Of a stretch of 64,000 nucleotides of DNA, positions 30,801-47,200 are shown one piece after another. Location: NCBI GenBank assembly GCA_964016885.1, contig OZ024742.1:292888001-292952000 (forward strand). The letters run 5' to 3'. A program made the position numbers and the translations under genes. Position 1 is the stretch's first letter, and the number at the start of each line of letters is the position of its first letter. Source of the DNA: Eledone cirrhosa (Eukaryota). A model generated the notes under the pieces. That model searched no databases and was not told where the DNA came from. It saw only the letters and a program-made list of their open reading frames with translations.

Positions 30801-31699
30801 TATATTACTGAGTCAAGGTGATAGCTTAATAGATATATCTAGTCATAAACACAACTATACTGAGTCAAGGTGATAGCTTAATAGATATATCTGGTCATAA
30901 ACACAACTATATTACTGAGTCAAGGTGATAGCTTAATAGATATATCTAGTCATAAACACAACTATATTACTGAGGCAAGGTGATAGCTTAATAGATATAT
31001 CTAGTCATAAACACAACTATATTACTGAGTCAATGTGATAGCTTAATAGATATATCTAGTCATAAACACAACTATATTACTGAGTCAAGGTGATAGCTTA
31101 ATAGATATATGTAGTCATAAACACAACTATATTACTGAGTCAAGGTGATAGCTTAATAGATATATCTAGTCATAAACACAACTATATTACTGAGTAAAGG
31201 TGATAGCTTAATAGATATATCTGGTCATAAACACAACTATACTGAGTCAAGGTGATAGCTTAATAGATATATCTAGTCATAAACACAACTATATTACTGA
31301 GTCAAGGTGATAGCTTAATAGATATATCTAGTCATAAACACAACTATACTGAGTCAAGGTGATAGCTTAATAGATATATCTGGTCATAAACACAACTATA
31401 CTGAGTCAAGGTGATAGCTTAATAGATATATCTAGTCATAAACACAACTATATTACTGAGTCAAGGTGATAGCTTAATAGATATATCTAGTCATAAACAC
31501 AACTATATTACTGAGTCAAGGTGATAGCTTAATAGATATATCTAGTAATAAACACAACTATACTGAGTCAAGGTGGTAGCTTAATAGATATATCTGGTCA
31601 TAAACACAACTATACTGAGTCAAGGTGATAGCTTAATAGATATATCTAGTCATAAACACAACTATACTGAGTCAAGGTGATAGCTTAATAGATATATCT

Positions 31700-34600
31700 A
31701 GTCATAAACCAACTATATTACTGAGTCAAGGTGATAGCTTAATAGATATATCTAGTCATAAACACAACTATACTGAGTCAAGGTGATAGCTTAATAGATA
31801 TATCTAGTCATAAACACAACTATACTGAGTCAAGGTGATAGCTTAATAGATATATCTAGTCATAAACACGACTATATTACTGAGTCAAGGTGATAGCTTA
31901 ATAGATATATCTAGTCATAAACACAACTATTCTGAGTCAAGGTGATAGCTTAATAGATATATCTGGTCATACACACAACTATACTGAGTCAAGGTGATAG
32001 CTTAATAGATATATCTGGTCATAAACACAACTATACTGAGTCAAGGTGATAGCTTAATAGATATATCTAGTCATAAACACAACTATATTACTGAGTCAAG
32101 GTGATAGCTTAATAGATATATCTAGTCATAAACACAACTATATTACTGAGTCAAGGTGATAGCTTAATAGATATATCTAGTCATAAACACAACTATATTA
32201 CTGAGGCAAGGTGATAGCTTAATAGATATATCTAGTCATAAACACAACTATATTACTGAGTCAAGGTGATAGCTTAATAGATATATCTAGTCATAAACAC
32301 AACTATATTACTGAGTCAAGGTGATAGCTTAATAGATATATGTAGTCATAAACACAACTATATTACTGAGTCAAGGTGATAGCTTAATAGATATATCTAG
32401 TCATAAACACAACTATATTACTGAGTAAAGGTGATAGCTTAATAGATATATCTAGTCATAAACACAACTATACTGAGTCAAGGTGATAGCTTAATAGATA
32501 TATCTAGTCATAAACACAACTATATTACTGAGTCAAGGTGATAGCTTAATAGATATATCTAGTCATAAACACAACTATACTGAGTCAAGGTGATAGCTTA
32601 ATAGATATATCTGGTCATAAACACAACTATACTGAGTCAAGGTGATAGCTTAATAGATATATCTAGTCATAAACACAACTATATTACTGAGTCAAGGTGA
32701 TAGCTTAATAGATATATCTAGTCATAAACACAACTATATTACTGAGGCAAGGTGATAGCTTAATAGATATATCTAGTCATAAACACAACTATATTACTGA
32801 GTCAAGGTAATAGCTTAATAGATATATCTAGTCATAAACACAACTATATTACTGAGTCAAGGTGATAGCTTAATAGATATATGTAGTCATAAACACAACT
32901 ATATTACTGAGTCAAGGTGATAGCTTAATAGATATATCTAGTCATAAACACAACTATATTACTGAGTCAAGGTGATAGCTTAATAGATATATCTAGTCAT
33001 AAACACAACTATATTACTGAGTCAAGGTGATAGCTTAATAGATATATCTAGTAATAAACACAACTATACTGAGTCAAGGTGGTAGCTTAATAGATATATC
33101 TGGTCATAAACACAACTATACTGAGTCAAGGTGATAGCTTAATAGATATATCTAGTCATAAACACAACTATACTGAGTCAAGGTGATAGCTTAATAGATA
33201 TATCTAGTCATAAACCAACTATATTACTGAGTCAAGGTGATAGCTTAATAGATATATCTAGTCATAAACACAACTATATTACGGAGTCAAGGTGATAGCT
33301 TAATAGATATATCTGGTCATAAACACAACTATATTACTGAGTCAAGGTGATAGCTTAATAGATATATCTAGTGATAAACACAACTATACTGAGTCAAGGT
33401 GATAGCTTAATAGATATATCTGGTCATAAACACAACTATACTGAGTCAAGGTGATAGCTTAATAGATATATCTAGTCATAAACACAACTATATTACTGAG
33501 TCAAGGTGATAGCTTAATAGATATATCTAGTCATAAACACAACTATATTACTGAGGCAAGGTGATAGCTTAATAGATATATCTAGTCATAAACACAACTA
33601 TATTACTGAGTCAAGGTAATAGCTTAATAGATATATCTAGTCATAAACACAACTATATTACTGAGTCAAGGTGATAGCTTAATAGATATATGTAGTCATA
33701 AACACAACTATATTACTGAGTCAAGGTGATAGCTTAATAGATATATCTAGTCATAAACCAACTATATTACTGAGTCAAGGTGATAGCTTAATAGATATAT
33801 CTAGTCATAAACACAACTATATTACTGAGTCAAGGTGATAGCTTAATAGATATATCTAGTCATAAACACAACTATACTGAGTCAAGCTGATAGCTTAATA
33901 GATATATCTGGTCATAAACACAACTATACTGAGTCAAGGTGATAGCTTAATAGATATATCTAGTCATAAACACAACTATATTACTGAGTCAAGGTGATAG
34001 CTTAATAGATATATCTAGTAATAAACACAACTATACTGAGTCAAGGTGGTAGCTTAATAGATATATCTGGTCATAAACACAACTATACTGAGTCAAGGTG
34101 ATAGCTTAATAGATATATCTAGTCATAAACACAACTATACTGAGTCAAGGTGATAGCTTAATAGATATATCTAGTCATAAACCAACTATATTACTGAGTC
34201 AAGGTGATAGCTTAATAGATATATCTAGTCTTAAACACAACTATATTACTGAGTCAAGGTGATAGCTTAATAGATATATCTAGTCATAAACACAACTATA
34301 TTACTGAGTCAAGGTGATAGCTTAATAGATATATCTAGTCATAAACACAACTATATTACTGAGTCAAGGTGATAGCTTAATAGATATATCTAGTAATAAA
34401 CACAACTATACTGAGTCAAGGTGGTAGCTTAATAGATATATCTGGTCATAAACACAACTATACTGAGTCAAGGTGATAGCTTAATAGATATATCTAGTCA
34501 TAAACACAACTATACTGAGTCAAGGTGATAGCTTAATAGATATATCTAGTCATAAACCAACTATATTACTGAGTCAAGGTGATAGCTTAATAGATATATC

Positions 34601-37600
34601 TGGTCATAAACACAACTATATTACTGAGTCAAGGTGATAGCTTAATAGATATATCTAGTCATAAACACAACTATACTGAGTCAAGGTGATAGCTTAATAG
34701 ATATATCTGGTCATAAACACAACTATACTGAGTCAAGGTGATAGCTTAATAGATATATCTAGTCATAAACACAACTATATTACTGAGTCAAGGTGATAGC
34801 TTAATAGATATATCTAGTCATAAACACAACTATATTACTGAGGCAAGGTGATAGCTTAATAGATATATCTAGTCATAAACACAACTATATTACTGAGTCA
34901 AGGTGATAGCTTAATAGGTATATCTAGTCATAAACACAACTATATTACTGAGTCAAGGTGATAGCTTAATAGATATATGTAGTCATAAACACAACTATAT
35001 TACTGAGTCAAGGTGATAGCTTAATAGATATATCTAGTCATAAACCAACTATATTACTGAGTCAAGGTGATAGCTTAATAGATATATCTAGTCATAAACA
35101 CAACTATACTGAGTCAAGGTGATAGCTTAATAGATATATCTAGTCATAAACACAACTATACTGAGTCAAGGTGATAGCTTAATAGATATATCTAGTCATA
35201 AACACGACTATATTACTGAGTCAAGGTGATAGCTTAATAGATATATCTAGTCATAAACACAACTATTCTGAGTCAAGGTGATAGCTTAATAGATATATCT
35301 GGTCATACACACAACTATACTGAGTCAAGGTGATAGCTTAATAGATATATCTGGTCATAAACACAACTATACTGAGTCAAGGTGATAGCTTAATAGATAT
35401 ATCTAGTCATAAACACAACTATATTACTGAGTCAAGGTGATAGCTTAATAGATATATCTAGTCATAAACACAACTATATTACTGAGTCAAGGTGATAGCT
35501 TAATAGATATATCTAGTCATAAACACAACTATATTACTGAGGCAAGGTGATAGCTTAATAGATATATCTAGTCATAAACACAACTATATTACTGAGTCAA
35601 GGTGATAGCTTAATAGATATATCTAGTCATAAACACAACTATATTACTGAGTCAAGGTGATAGCTTAATAGATATATGTAGTCATAAACACAACTATATT
35701 ACTGAGTCAAGGTGATAGCTTAATAGATATATCTAGTCATAAACACAACTATATTACTGAGTAAAGGTGATAGCTTAATAGATATATCTAGTCATAAACA
35801 CAACTATACTGAGTCAAGGTGATAGCTTAATAGATATATCTAGTCATAAACACAACTATATTACTGAGTCAAGGTGATAGCTTAATAGATATATCTAGTC
35901 ATAAACACAACTATACTGAGTCAAGGTGATAGCTTAATAGATATATCTGGTCATAAACACAACTATACTGAGTCAAGGTGATAGCTTAATAGATATATCT
36001 AGTCATAAACACAACTATATTACTGAGTCAAGGTGATAGCTTAATAGATATATCTAGTCATAAACACATCTATATTACTGAGGCAAGGTGATAGCTTAAT
36101 AGATATATCTAGTCATAAACACAACTATATTACTGAGTCAAGGTAATAGCTTAATAGATATATCTAGTCATAAACACAACTATATTACTGAGTCAAGGTG
36201 ATAGCTTAATAGATATATGTAGTCATAAACACAACTATATTACTGAGTCAAGGTGATAGCTTAATAGATATATCTAGTCATAAACACAACTATATTACTG
36301 AGTCAAGGTGATAGCTTAATAGATATATCTAGTCATAAACACAACTATATTACTGAGTCAAGGTGATAGCTTAATAGATATATCTAGTAATAAACACAAC
36401 TATACTGAGTCAAGGTGGTAGCTTAATAGATATATCTGGTCATAAACACAACTATACTGAGTCAAGGTGATAGCTTAATAGATATATCTAGTCATAAAAA
36501 CAACTATACTGAGTCAAGGTGATAGCTTAATAGATATATCTAGTCATAAACCAACTATATTACTGAGTCAAGGTGATAGCTTAATAGATATATCTAGTCA
36601 TAAACACAACTATATTACGGAGTCAAGGTGATAGCTTAATAGATATATCTGGTCATAAACACAACTATATTACTGAGTCAAGGTGATAGCTTAATAGATA
36701 TATCTAGTCATAAACACAACTATACTGAGTCAAGGTGATAGCTTAATAGATATATCTGGTCATAAACACAACTATACTGAGTCGAGGTGATAGCTTAATA
36801 GATATATCTAGTCATAAACACAACTATATTACTGAGTCAAGGTGATAGCTTAATAGATATATCTAGTCATAAACACAACTATATTACTGAGGCAAGGTGA
36901 TAGCTTAATAGATATATCTAGTCATAAACACAACTATATTACTGAGTCAAGGTAATAGCTTAATAGATATATCTAGTCATAAACACAACTATATTACTGA
37001 GTCAAGGTGATAGCTTAATAGATATATGTAGTCATAAACACAACTATATTACTGAGTCAAGGTGATAGCTTAATAGATATATCTAGTCATAAACCAACTA
37101 TATTACTGAGTCAAGGTGATAGCTTAATAGATATATCTAGTCATAAACACAACTATATTACTGAGTCAAGGTGATAGCTTAATAGATATATCTAGTCATA
37201 AACACAACTATACTGAGTCAAGGTGATAGCTTAATAGATATATCTGGTCATAAACACAACTATACTGAGTCAAGGTGATAGCTTAATAGATATATCTAGT
37301 CATAAACACAACTATATTACTGAGTCAAGGTGATAGCTTAATAGATATATCTAGTAATAAACACAACTATACTGAGTCAAGGTGGTAGCTTAATAGATAT
37401 ATCTGGTCATAAACACAACTATACTGAGTCAAGGTGATAGCTTAATAGATATATCTAGTCATAAACACAACTATACTGAGTCAAGGTGATAGCTTAATAG
37501 ATATATCTAGTCATAAACCAACTATATTACTGAGTCAAGGTGATAGCTTAATAGATATATCTAGTCTTAAACACAACTATATTACTGAGTCAAGGTGATA

Positions 37601-40600
37601 GCTTAATAGATATATCTAGTCATAAACACAACTATATTACTGAGTCAAGGTGATAGCTTAATAGATATATCTGGTCATAAACACAACTATACTGAGTCAA
37701 GGTGATAGCTTAATAGATATATCTAGTCATAAACACAACTATATTACTGAGTCAAGGTGATAGCTTAATAGATATATCTAGTCATAAACACAACTATTCT
37801 GAGTCAAGGTGATAGCTTAATAGATATATCTGGTCATACACACAACTATACTGAGTCAAGGTGATAGCTTAATAGATATATCTGGTCATAAACACAACTA
37901 TACTGAGTCAAGGTGATAGCTTAATAGATATATCTAGTCATAAACACAACTATATTACTGAGTCAAGGTGATAGCTTAATAGATATATCTAGTCATAAAC
38001 ACAACTATATTACTGAGTCAAGGTGATAGCTTAATAGATATATCTAGTCATAAACACAACTATACTGAGTCAAGGTGATAGCTTAATAGATATATCTGGT
38101 CATAAACACAACTATACTGAGTCAAGGTGATAGCTTAATAGATATATCTGGTCATAAACACAACTATACTGAGTCAAGGTGATAGCTTAATAGATATATC
38201 TAGTCATAAACACAACTATATTACTGAGTCAAGGTGATAGCTTAATAGATATATCTAGTCATAAACACAACTATACTGAGTCAAGGTGATAGCTTAATAG
38301 ATATATCTGGTCATAAACACAACTATATTACTGTGTCAAGGTGATAGCTTAATAGATATATCTAGTCATAAACACAACTATATTACTGAGGCAAGGTGAT
38401 AGCTTAATAGATATATCTAGTCATAAACACAACTATATTACTGAGTCAAGGTGATAGCTTAATAGATATATCTAGTCATAAACACAACTATATTACTGAG
38501 TCAAGGTGATAGCTTAATAGATATATGTAGTCATAAACACAACTATATTACTGAGTCAAGGTGATAGCTTAATAGATATATCTAGTCATAAACACAACTA
38601 TATTACTGAGTAAAGGTGATAGCTTAATAGATATATCTGGTCATAAACACAACTATACTGAGTCAAGGTGATAGCTTAATAGATATATCTAGTCATAAAC
38701 ACAACTATATTACTGAGTCAAGGTGATAGCTTAATAGATATATCTAGTCATAAACACAACTATACTGAGTCAAGGTGATAGCTTAATAGATATATCTGGT
38801 CATAAACACAACTATACTGAGTCAAGGTGATAGCTTAATAGATATATCTAGTCATAAACACAACTATATTACTGAGTCAAGGTGATAGCTTAATAGATAT
38901 ATCTAGTCATAAACACAACTATATTACTGAGTCAAGGTGATAGCTTAATAGATATATCTAGTAATAAACACAACTATACTGAGTCAAGGTGGTAGCTTAA
39001 TAGATATATCTGGTCATAAACACAACTATACTGAGTCAAGGTGATAGCTTAATAGATATATCTAGTCATAAACACAACTATACTGAGTCAAGGTGATAGC
39101 TTAATAGATATATCTAGTCATAAACCAACTATATTACTGAGTCAAGGTGATAGCTTAATAGATATATCTGGTCATAAACACAACTATATTACTGAGTCAA
39201 GGTGATAGCTTAATAGATATATCTAGTCATAAACACAACTATACTGAGTCAAGGTGATAGCTTAATAGATATATCTGGTCATAAACACAACTATACTGAG
39301 TCAAGGTGATAGCTTAATAGATATATCTAGTCATAAACACAACTATATTACTGAGTCAAGGTGATAGCTTAATAGATATATCTAGTCATAAACACAACTA
39401 TATTACTGAGGCAAGGTGATAGCTTAATAGATATATCTAGTCATAAACACAACTATATTACTGAGTCAAGGTGATAGCTTAATAGGTATATCTAGTCATA
39501 AACACAACTATATTACTGAGTCAAGGTGATAGCTTAATAGATATATGTAGTCATAAACACAACTATATTACTGAGTCAAGGTGATAGCTTAATAGATATA
39601 TCTAGTCATAAACCAACTATATTACTGAGTCAAGGTGATAGCTTAATAGATATATCTAGTCATAAACACAACTATACTGAGTCAAGGTGATAGCTTAATA
39701 GATATATCTAGTCATAAACACAACTATACTGAGTCAAGGTGATAGCTTAATAGATATATCTAGTCATAAACACAACTATATTACTGAGTCAAGGTGATAG
39801 CTTAATAGATATATCTAGTCATAAACACAACTATTCTGAGTCAAGGTGATAGCTTAATAGATATATCTGGTCATACACACAACTATACTGAGTAGAGGTG
39901 ATAGCTTAATAGATATATCTGGTCATAAACACAACTATACTGAGTCAAGGTGATAGCTTAATAGATATATCTAGTCATAAACACAACTATATTACTGAGT
40001 CAAGGTGATAGCTTAATAGATATATCTAGTCATAAACACAACTATATTACTGAGTCAAGGTGATAGCTTAATAGATATATCTAGTCATAAACACAACTAT
40101 ATTACTGAGGCAAGGTGATAGCTTAATAGATATATCTAGTCATAAACACAACTATATTACTGAGTCAAGGTGATAGCTTAATAGATATATCTAGTCATAA
40201 ACACAACTATATTACTGAGTCAAGGTGATAGCTTAATAGATATATGTAGTCATAAACACAACTATATTACTGAGTCAAGGTGATAGCTTAATAGATATAT
40301 CTAGTCATAAACACAACTATATTACTGAGTAAAGGTGATAGCTTAATAGATATATCTAGTCATAAACACAACTATACTGAGTCAAGGTGATAGCTTAATA
40401 GATATATCTAGTCATAAACACAACTATATTACTGAGTCAAGGTGATAGCTTAATAGATATATCTAGTCATAAACACAACTATACTGAGTCAAGGTGATAG
40501 CTTAATAGATATATCTGGTCATAAACACAACTATACTGAGTCAAGGTGATAGCTTAATAGATATATCTAGTCATAAACACAACTATATTACTGAGTCAAG

Positions 40601-42600
40601 GTGATAGCTTAATAGATATATCTAGTCATAAACACAACTATATTACTGAGGCAAGGTGATAGCTTAATAGATATATCTAGTCATAAACACAACTATATTA
40701 CTGAGTCAAGGTAATAGCTTAATAGATATATCTAGTCATAAACACAACTATATTACTGAGTCAAGGTGATAGCTTAATAGATATATGTAGTCATAAACAC
40801 AACTATATTACTGAGTCAAGGTGATAGCTTAATAGATATATCTAGTCATAAACACAACTATATTACTGAGTCAAGGTGATAGCTTAATAGATATATCTAG
40901 TCATAAACACAACTATATTACTGAGTCAAGGTGATAGCTTAATAGATATATCTAGTAATAAACACAACTATACTGAGTCAAGGTGGTAGCTTAATAGATA
41001 TATCTGGTCATAAACACAACTATACTGAGTCAAGGTGATAGCTTAATAGATATATCTAGTCATAAACACAACTATACTGAGTCAAGGTGATAGCTTAATA
41101 GATATATCTAGTCATAAACCAACTATATTACTGAGTCAAGGTGATAGCTTAACAGATATATCTAGTCATAAACACAACTATATTACGGAGTCAAGGTGAT
41201 AGCTTAATAGATATATCTGGTCATAAACACAACTATATTACTGAGTCAAGGTGATAGCTTAATAGATATATCTAGTCATAAACACAACTATACTGAGTCA
41301 AGGTGATAGCTTAATAGATATATCTGGTCATAAACACAACTATACTGAGTCAAGGTGATAGCTTAATAGATATATCTAGTCATAAACACAACTATATTAC
41401 TGAGTCAAGGTGATAGCTTAATAGATATATCTAGTCATAAACACAACTATATTACTGAGGCAAGGTGATAGCTTAATAGATATATCTAGTCATAAACACA
41501 ACTATATTACTGAGTCAAGGTAATAGCTTAATAGATATATCTAGTCATAAACACAACTATATTACTGAGTCAAGGTGATAGCTTAATAGATATATGTAGT
41601 CATAAACACAACTATATTACTGAGTCAAGGTGATAGCTTAATAGATATATCTAGTCATAAACCAACTATATTACTGAGTCAAGGTGATAGCTTAATAGAT
41701 ATATCTAGTCATAAACACAACTATATTACTGAGTCAAGGTGATAGCTTAATAGATATATCTAGTCATAAACACAACTATACTGAGTCAAGGTGATAGCTT
41801 AATAGATATATCTGGTCATAAACACAACTATACTGAGTCAAGGTGATAGCTTAATAGATATATCTAGTCATAAACACAACTATATTACTGAGTCAAGGTG
41901 ATAGCTTAATAGATATATCTAGTAATAAACACAACTATACTGAGTCAAGGTGGTAGCTTAATAGATATATCTGGTCATAAACACAACTATACTGAGTCAA
42001 GGTGATAGCTTAATAGATATATCTAGTCATAAACACAACTATACTGAGTCAAGGTGATAGCTTAATAGATATATCTAGTCATAAACCAACTATATTACTG
42101 AGTCAAGGTGATAGCTTAATAGATATATCTAGTCTTAAACACAACTATATTACTGAGTCAAGGTGATAGCTTAATAGATATATCTAGTCATAAACACAAC
42201 TATATTACTGAGTCAAGGTGATAGCTTAATAGATATATCTGGTCATAAACACAACTATACTGAGTCAAGGTGATAGCTTAATAGATATATCTAGTCATAA
42301 ACACAACTATATTACTGAGTCAAGGTGATAGCTTAATAGATATATCTAGTCATAAACACAACTATTCTGAGTCAAGGTGATAGCTTAATAGATATATCTG
42401 GTCATACACACAACTATACTGAGTCAAGGTGATAGCTTAATAGATATATCTGGTCATAAACACAACTATACTGAGTCAAGGTGATAGCTTAATAGATATA
42501 TCTAGTCATAAACACAACTATATTACTGAGTCAAGGTGATAGCTTAATAGATATATCTAGTCATAAACACAACTATATTACTGAGTCAAGGTGATAGCTT
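31700..42600. repeat. Three related multi-kb blocks at offsets of 3336 and 4568 bp
   Basis: CACGAC 31867/35203 and ACGGAG 33281/36617 (+3336). ACGGAG 36617/41185 and TAGGTA 34915/39483 (+4568). Paired GGTAATAG variants in each block. Boundaries approximate. Confidence 0.8.
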
Positions 42601-44299
42601 AATAGATATATCTAGTCATAAACACAACTATATTACTGAGGCAAGGTGATAGCTTAATAGATATATCTAGTCATAAACACAACTATATTACTGAGTCAAG
42701 GTGATAGCTTAATAGATATATCTAGTCATAAACACAACTATATTACTGAGTCAAGGTGATAGCTTAATAGATATATGTAGTCATAAACACAACTATATTA
42801 CTGAGTCAAGGTGATAGCTTAATAGATATATCTAGTCATAAACACAACTATATTACTGAGTAAAGGTGATAGCTTAATAGATATATCTGGTCATAAACAC
42901 AACTATACTGAGTCAAGGTGATAGCTTAATAGATATATCTAGTCATAAACACAACTATATTACTGAGTCAAGGTGATAGCTTAATAGATATATCTAGTCA
43001 TAAACACAACTATATTACTGAGTAAAGGTGATAGCTTAATAGATATATCTAGTCATAAACACAACTATACTGAGTCAAGGTGATAGCTTAATAGATATAT
43101 CTGGTCATAAACACAACTATACTGAGTCAAGGTGATAGCTTAATAGATATATCTAGTCATAAACACAACTATATTACTGAGTCAAGGTGATAGCTTAATA
43201 GATATATCTAGTAATAAACACAACTATACTGAGTCAAGGTGGTAGCTTAATAGATATATCTGGTCATAAACACAACTATACTGAGTCAAGGTGATAGCTT
43301 AATAGATATATCTAGTCATAAACACAACTATACTGAGTCAAGGTGATAGCTTAATAGATATATCTAGTCATAAACCAACTATATTACTGAGTCAAGGTGA
43401 TAGCTTAATAGATATATCTAGTCTTAAACACAACTATATTACTGAGTCAAGGTGATAGCTTAATATATATATCTAGTCATAAACACAACTATATTACTGA
43501 GTCAAGGTGATAGCTTAATAGATATATCTGGTCATAAACACAACTATATTACTGAGTCAAGGTGATAGCTTAATAGATATATCTAGTCATAAACACAACT
43601 ATATTACTGAGTCAAGGTGATAGCTTAATAGATATATCTGGTCATAAACACAACTATACTGAGTCAAGGTGATAGCTTAATAGATATATCTAGTCATAAA
43701 CACAACTATATTACTGAGTCAATGTGATAGCTTAATAGATATATCTAGTCATAAACACAACTATTCTGAGTCAAGGTGATAGCTTAATAGATATATCTGG
43801 TCATACACACAACTATACTGAGTCAAGGTGATAGCTTAATAGATATATCTGGTCATAAACACAACTATACTGAGTCAAGGTGATAGCTTAATAGATATAT
43901 CTAGTCATAAACACAACTATATTACTGAGTCAAGGTGATAGCTTAATAGATATATCTAGTCATAAACACAACTATATTACTGAGTCAAGGTGATAGCTTA
44001 ATAGATATATCTAGTCATAAACACAACTATATTACTGAGGCAAGGTGATAGCTTAATAGATATATCTAGTCATAAACACAACTATATTACTGAGTCAAGG
44101 TGATAGCTTAATAGATATATCTAGTCATAAACACAACTATATTACTGAGTCAAGGTGATAGCTTAATAGATATATGTAGTCATAAACACAACTATATTAC
44201 TGAGTCAAGGTGATAGCTTAATAGATATATCTAGTCATAAACACAACTATATTACTGAGTAAAGGTGATAGCTTAATAGATATATCTGGTCATAAACAC

Positions 44300-47200
44300 A
44301 ACTATACTGAGTCAAGGTGATAGCTTAATAGATATATCTAGTCATAAACACAACTATATTACTGAGTCAAGGTGATAGCTTAATAGATATATCTAGTCAT
44401 AAACACAACTATACTGAGTCAAGGTGATAGCTTAATAGATATATCTGGTCATAAACACAACTATACTGAGTCAAGGTGATAGCTTAATAGATATATCTAG
44501 TCATAAACACAACTATATTACTGAGTCAAGGTGATAGCTTAATAGATATATCTAGTCATAAACACAACTATATTACTGAGTCAAGGTGATAGCTTAATAG
44601 ATATATCTAGTAATAAACACAACTATACTGAGTCAAGGTGGTAGCTTAATAGATATATCTTGTCATAAACACAACTATATTACTGAGTCAAGGTGATAGC
44701 TTAATAGATATATCTAGTCATAAACACAACTATACTGAGTCAAGGTGATAGCTTAATAGATATATCTAGTCATAAACCAACTATATTACTGAGTCAAGGT
44801 GATAGCTTAATAGATATATCTAGTCATAAACACAACTATATTACTGAGTCAAGGTGATAGCTTAATAGATATATCTGGTCATAAACACAACTATATTACT
44901 GAGTCAAGGTGATAGCTTAATAGATATATCTAGTCATAAACACAACTATACTGAGTCAAGGTGATAGCTTAATAGATATATCTGGTCATAAACACAACTA
45001 TACTGAGTCAAGGTGATAGCTTAATAGATATATCTAGTCATAAACACAACTATATTACTGAGTCAAGGTGATAGCTTAATAGATATATCTAGTCATAAAC
45101 ACAACTATATTACTGAGGCAAGGTGATAGCTTAATAGATATATCTAGTCATAAACACAACTATATTACTGAGTCAAGGTGATAGCTTAATAGATATATCT
45201 AGTCATAAACACAACTATATTACTGAGTCAAGGTGATAGCTTAATAGATATATGTAGTCATAAACACAACTATATTACTGAGTCAAGGTGATAGCTTAAT
45301 AGATATATCTAGTCATAAACCAACTATATTACTGAGTCAAGGTGATAGCTTAATAGATATATCTAGTCATAAACACAACTATATTACTGAGTCAAGGTGA
45401 TAGCTTAATAGATATATCTAGTCATAAACACAACTATATTACTGAGTCAAGGTAATAGCTTAATAGATATATCTGGTCATAAACACAACTATACTGAGTC
45501 AAGGTGATAGCTTAATAGATATATCTAGTCATAAACACAACTATATTACTGAGTCAAGGTGATAGCTTAATAGATATATCTAGTCATAAACACAACTATA
45601 CTGTGTCAAGGTGATAGCTTAATAGATATATCTAGTCATAAACACAACTATACTGTGTCAAGGTGATAGCTTAATAGATATATCTAGTCATAAACACAAC
45701 TATATTACTGAGTTAAGGTGATAGCTTAATAGATATATCTAGTCATAAACACAACTATATTACTGAGTCAAGGTGATAGCTTAATAGATATATCTAGTCA
45801 TAAACACAACTATATTACTGAGTCAAGGTGATAGCTTAATAGATATATCTGGTCATAAACACAACTATACTGAGTCAAGGTGATAGCTTAATAGATATAT
45901 CTAGTCATAAACACAACTATATAACTGAGTCAAGGTGATAGCTTAATAGATATATCTAGTCATAAACCCAACTATACTGAGTCAAGGTGATAGCTTAATA
46001 GATATATCTAGTCATAAACACAACTATATTACTGAGTCAAGGTGATAGCTTAATAGATATATCTAGTCATAAACACAACTATATTACTGAGTCAAGGTGA
46101 TAGCTTAATAGATATATGTAGTCATAAACACAACTATATTACTGAGTCAAGGTGATAGCTTAATAGATATATCTAGTCATAAACCAACTATATTACTGAG
46201 TCAAGGTGATAGCTTAATAGATATATCTAGTCATAAACACAACTATATTACTGAGTAAAGGTGATAGCTTAATAGCTATATCTAGTCATAAACACAACTA
46301 TACTGAGTCAAGGTGATAGCTTAATAGATATATCTGGTCATAAACACAACTATACTGAGTCAAGGTGATAGCTTAATAGATATATCTAGTCATAAACACA
46401 ACTATATTACTGAGTCAAGGTGATAGCTTAATAGATATATCTAGTCATAAACACAACTATATTACTGAGTCAAGGTGATAGCTTAATAGATATATCTAGT
46501 AATAAACACAACTATACTGAGTCAAGGTGGTAGCTTAATAGATATATCTGGTCATAAACACAACTATACTGAGTCAAGGTGATAGCTTAATAGATATATC
46601 TAGTCATAAACACAACTATACTGAGTCAAGGTGATAGCTTAATAGATATATCTAGTCATAAACCAACTATATTACTGAGTCAAGGTGATAGCTTAATAGA
46701 TATATCTAGTCTTAAACACAACTATATTACTGAGTCAAGGTGATAGCTTAATAGATATATCTAGTCATAAACACAACTATATTACTGAGTCAAGGTGATA
46801 GCTTAATAGATATATCTGGTCATAAACACAACTATATTACTGAGTCAAGGTGATAGCTTAATAGATATATCTAGTCATAAACACAACTATACTGAGTCAA
46901 GGTGATAGCTTAATAGATATATCTGGTCATAAACACAACTATACTGAGTCAAGGTGATAGCTTAATAGATATATCTAGTCATAAACACAACTATATTACT
47001 GAGGCAAGGTGATAGCTTAATAGATATATCTAGTCATAAACACAACTATATTACTGAGTCAAGGTGATAGCTTAATAGATATATCTAGTCATAAACACAA
47101 CTATACTGAGTCAAGGTGATAGCTTAATAGATATATCTAGTCATAAACACAACTATATTACTGAGTCAAGGTGATAGCTTAATAGATATATCTAGTCATA

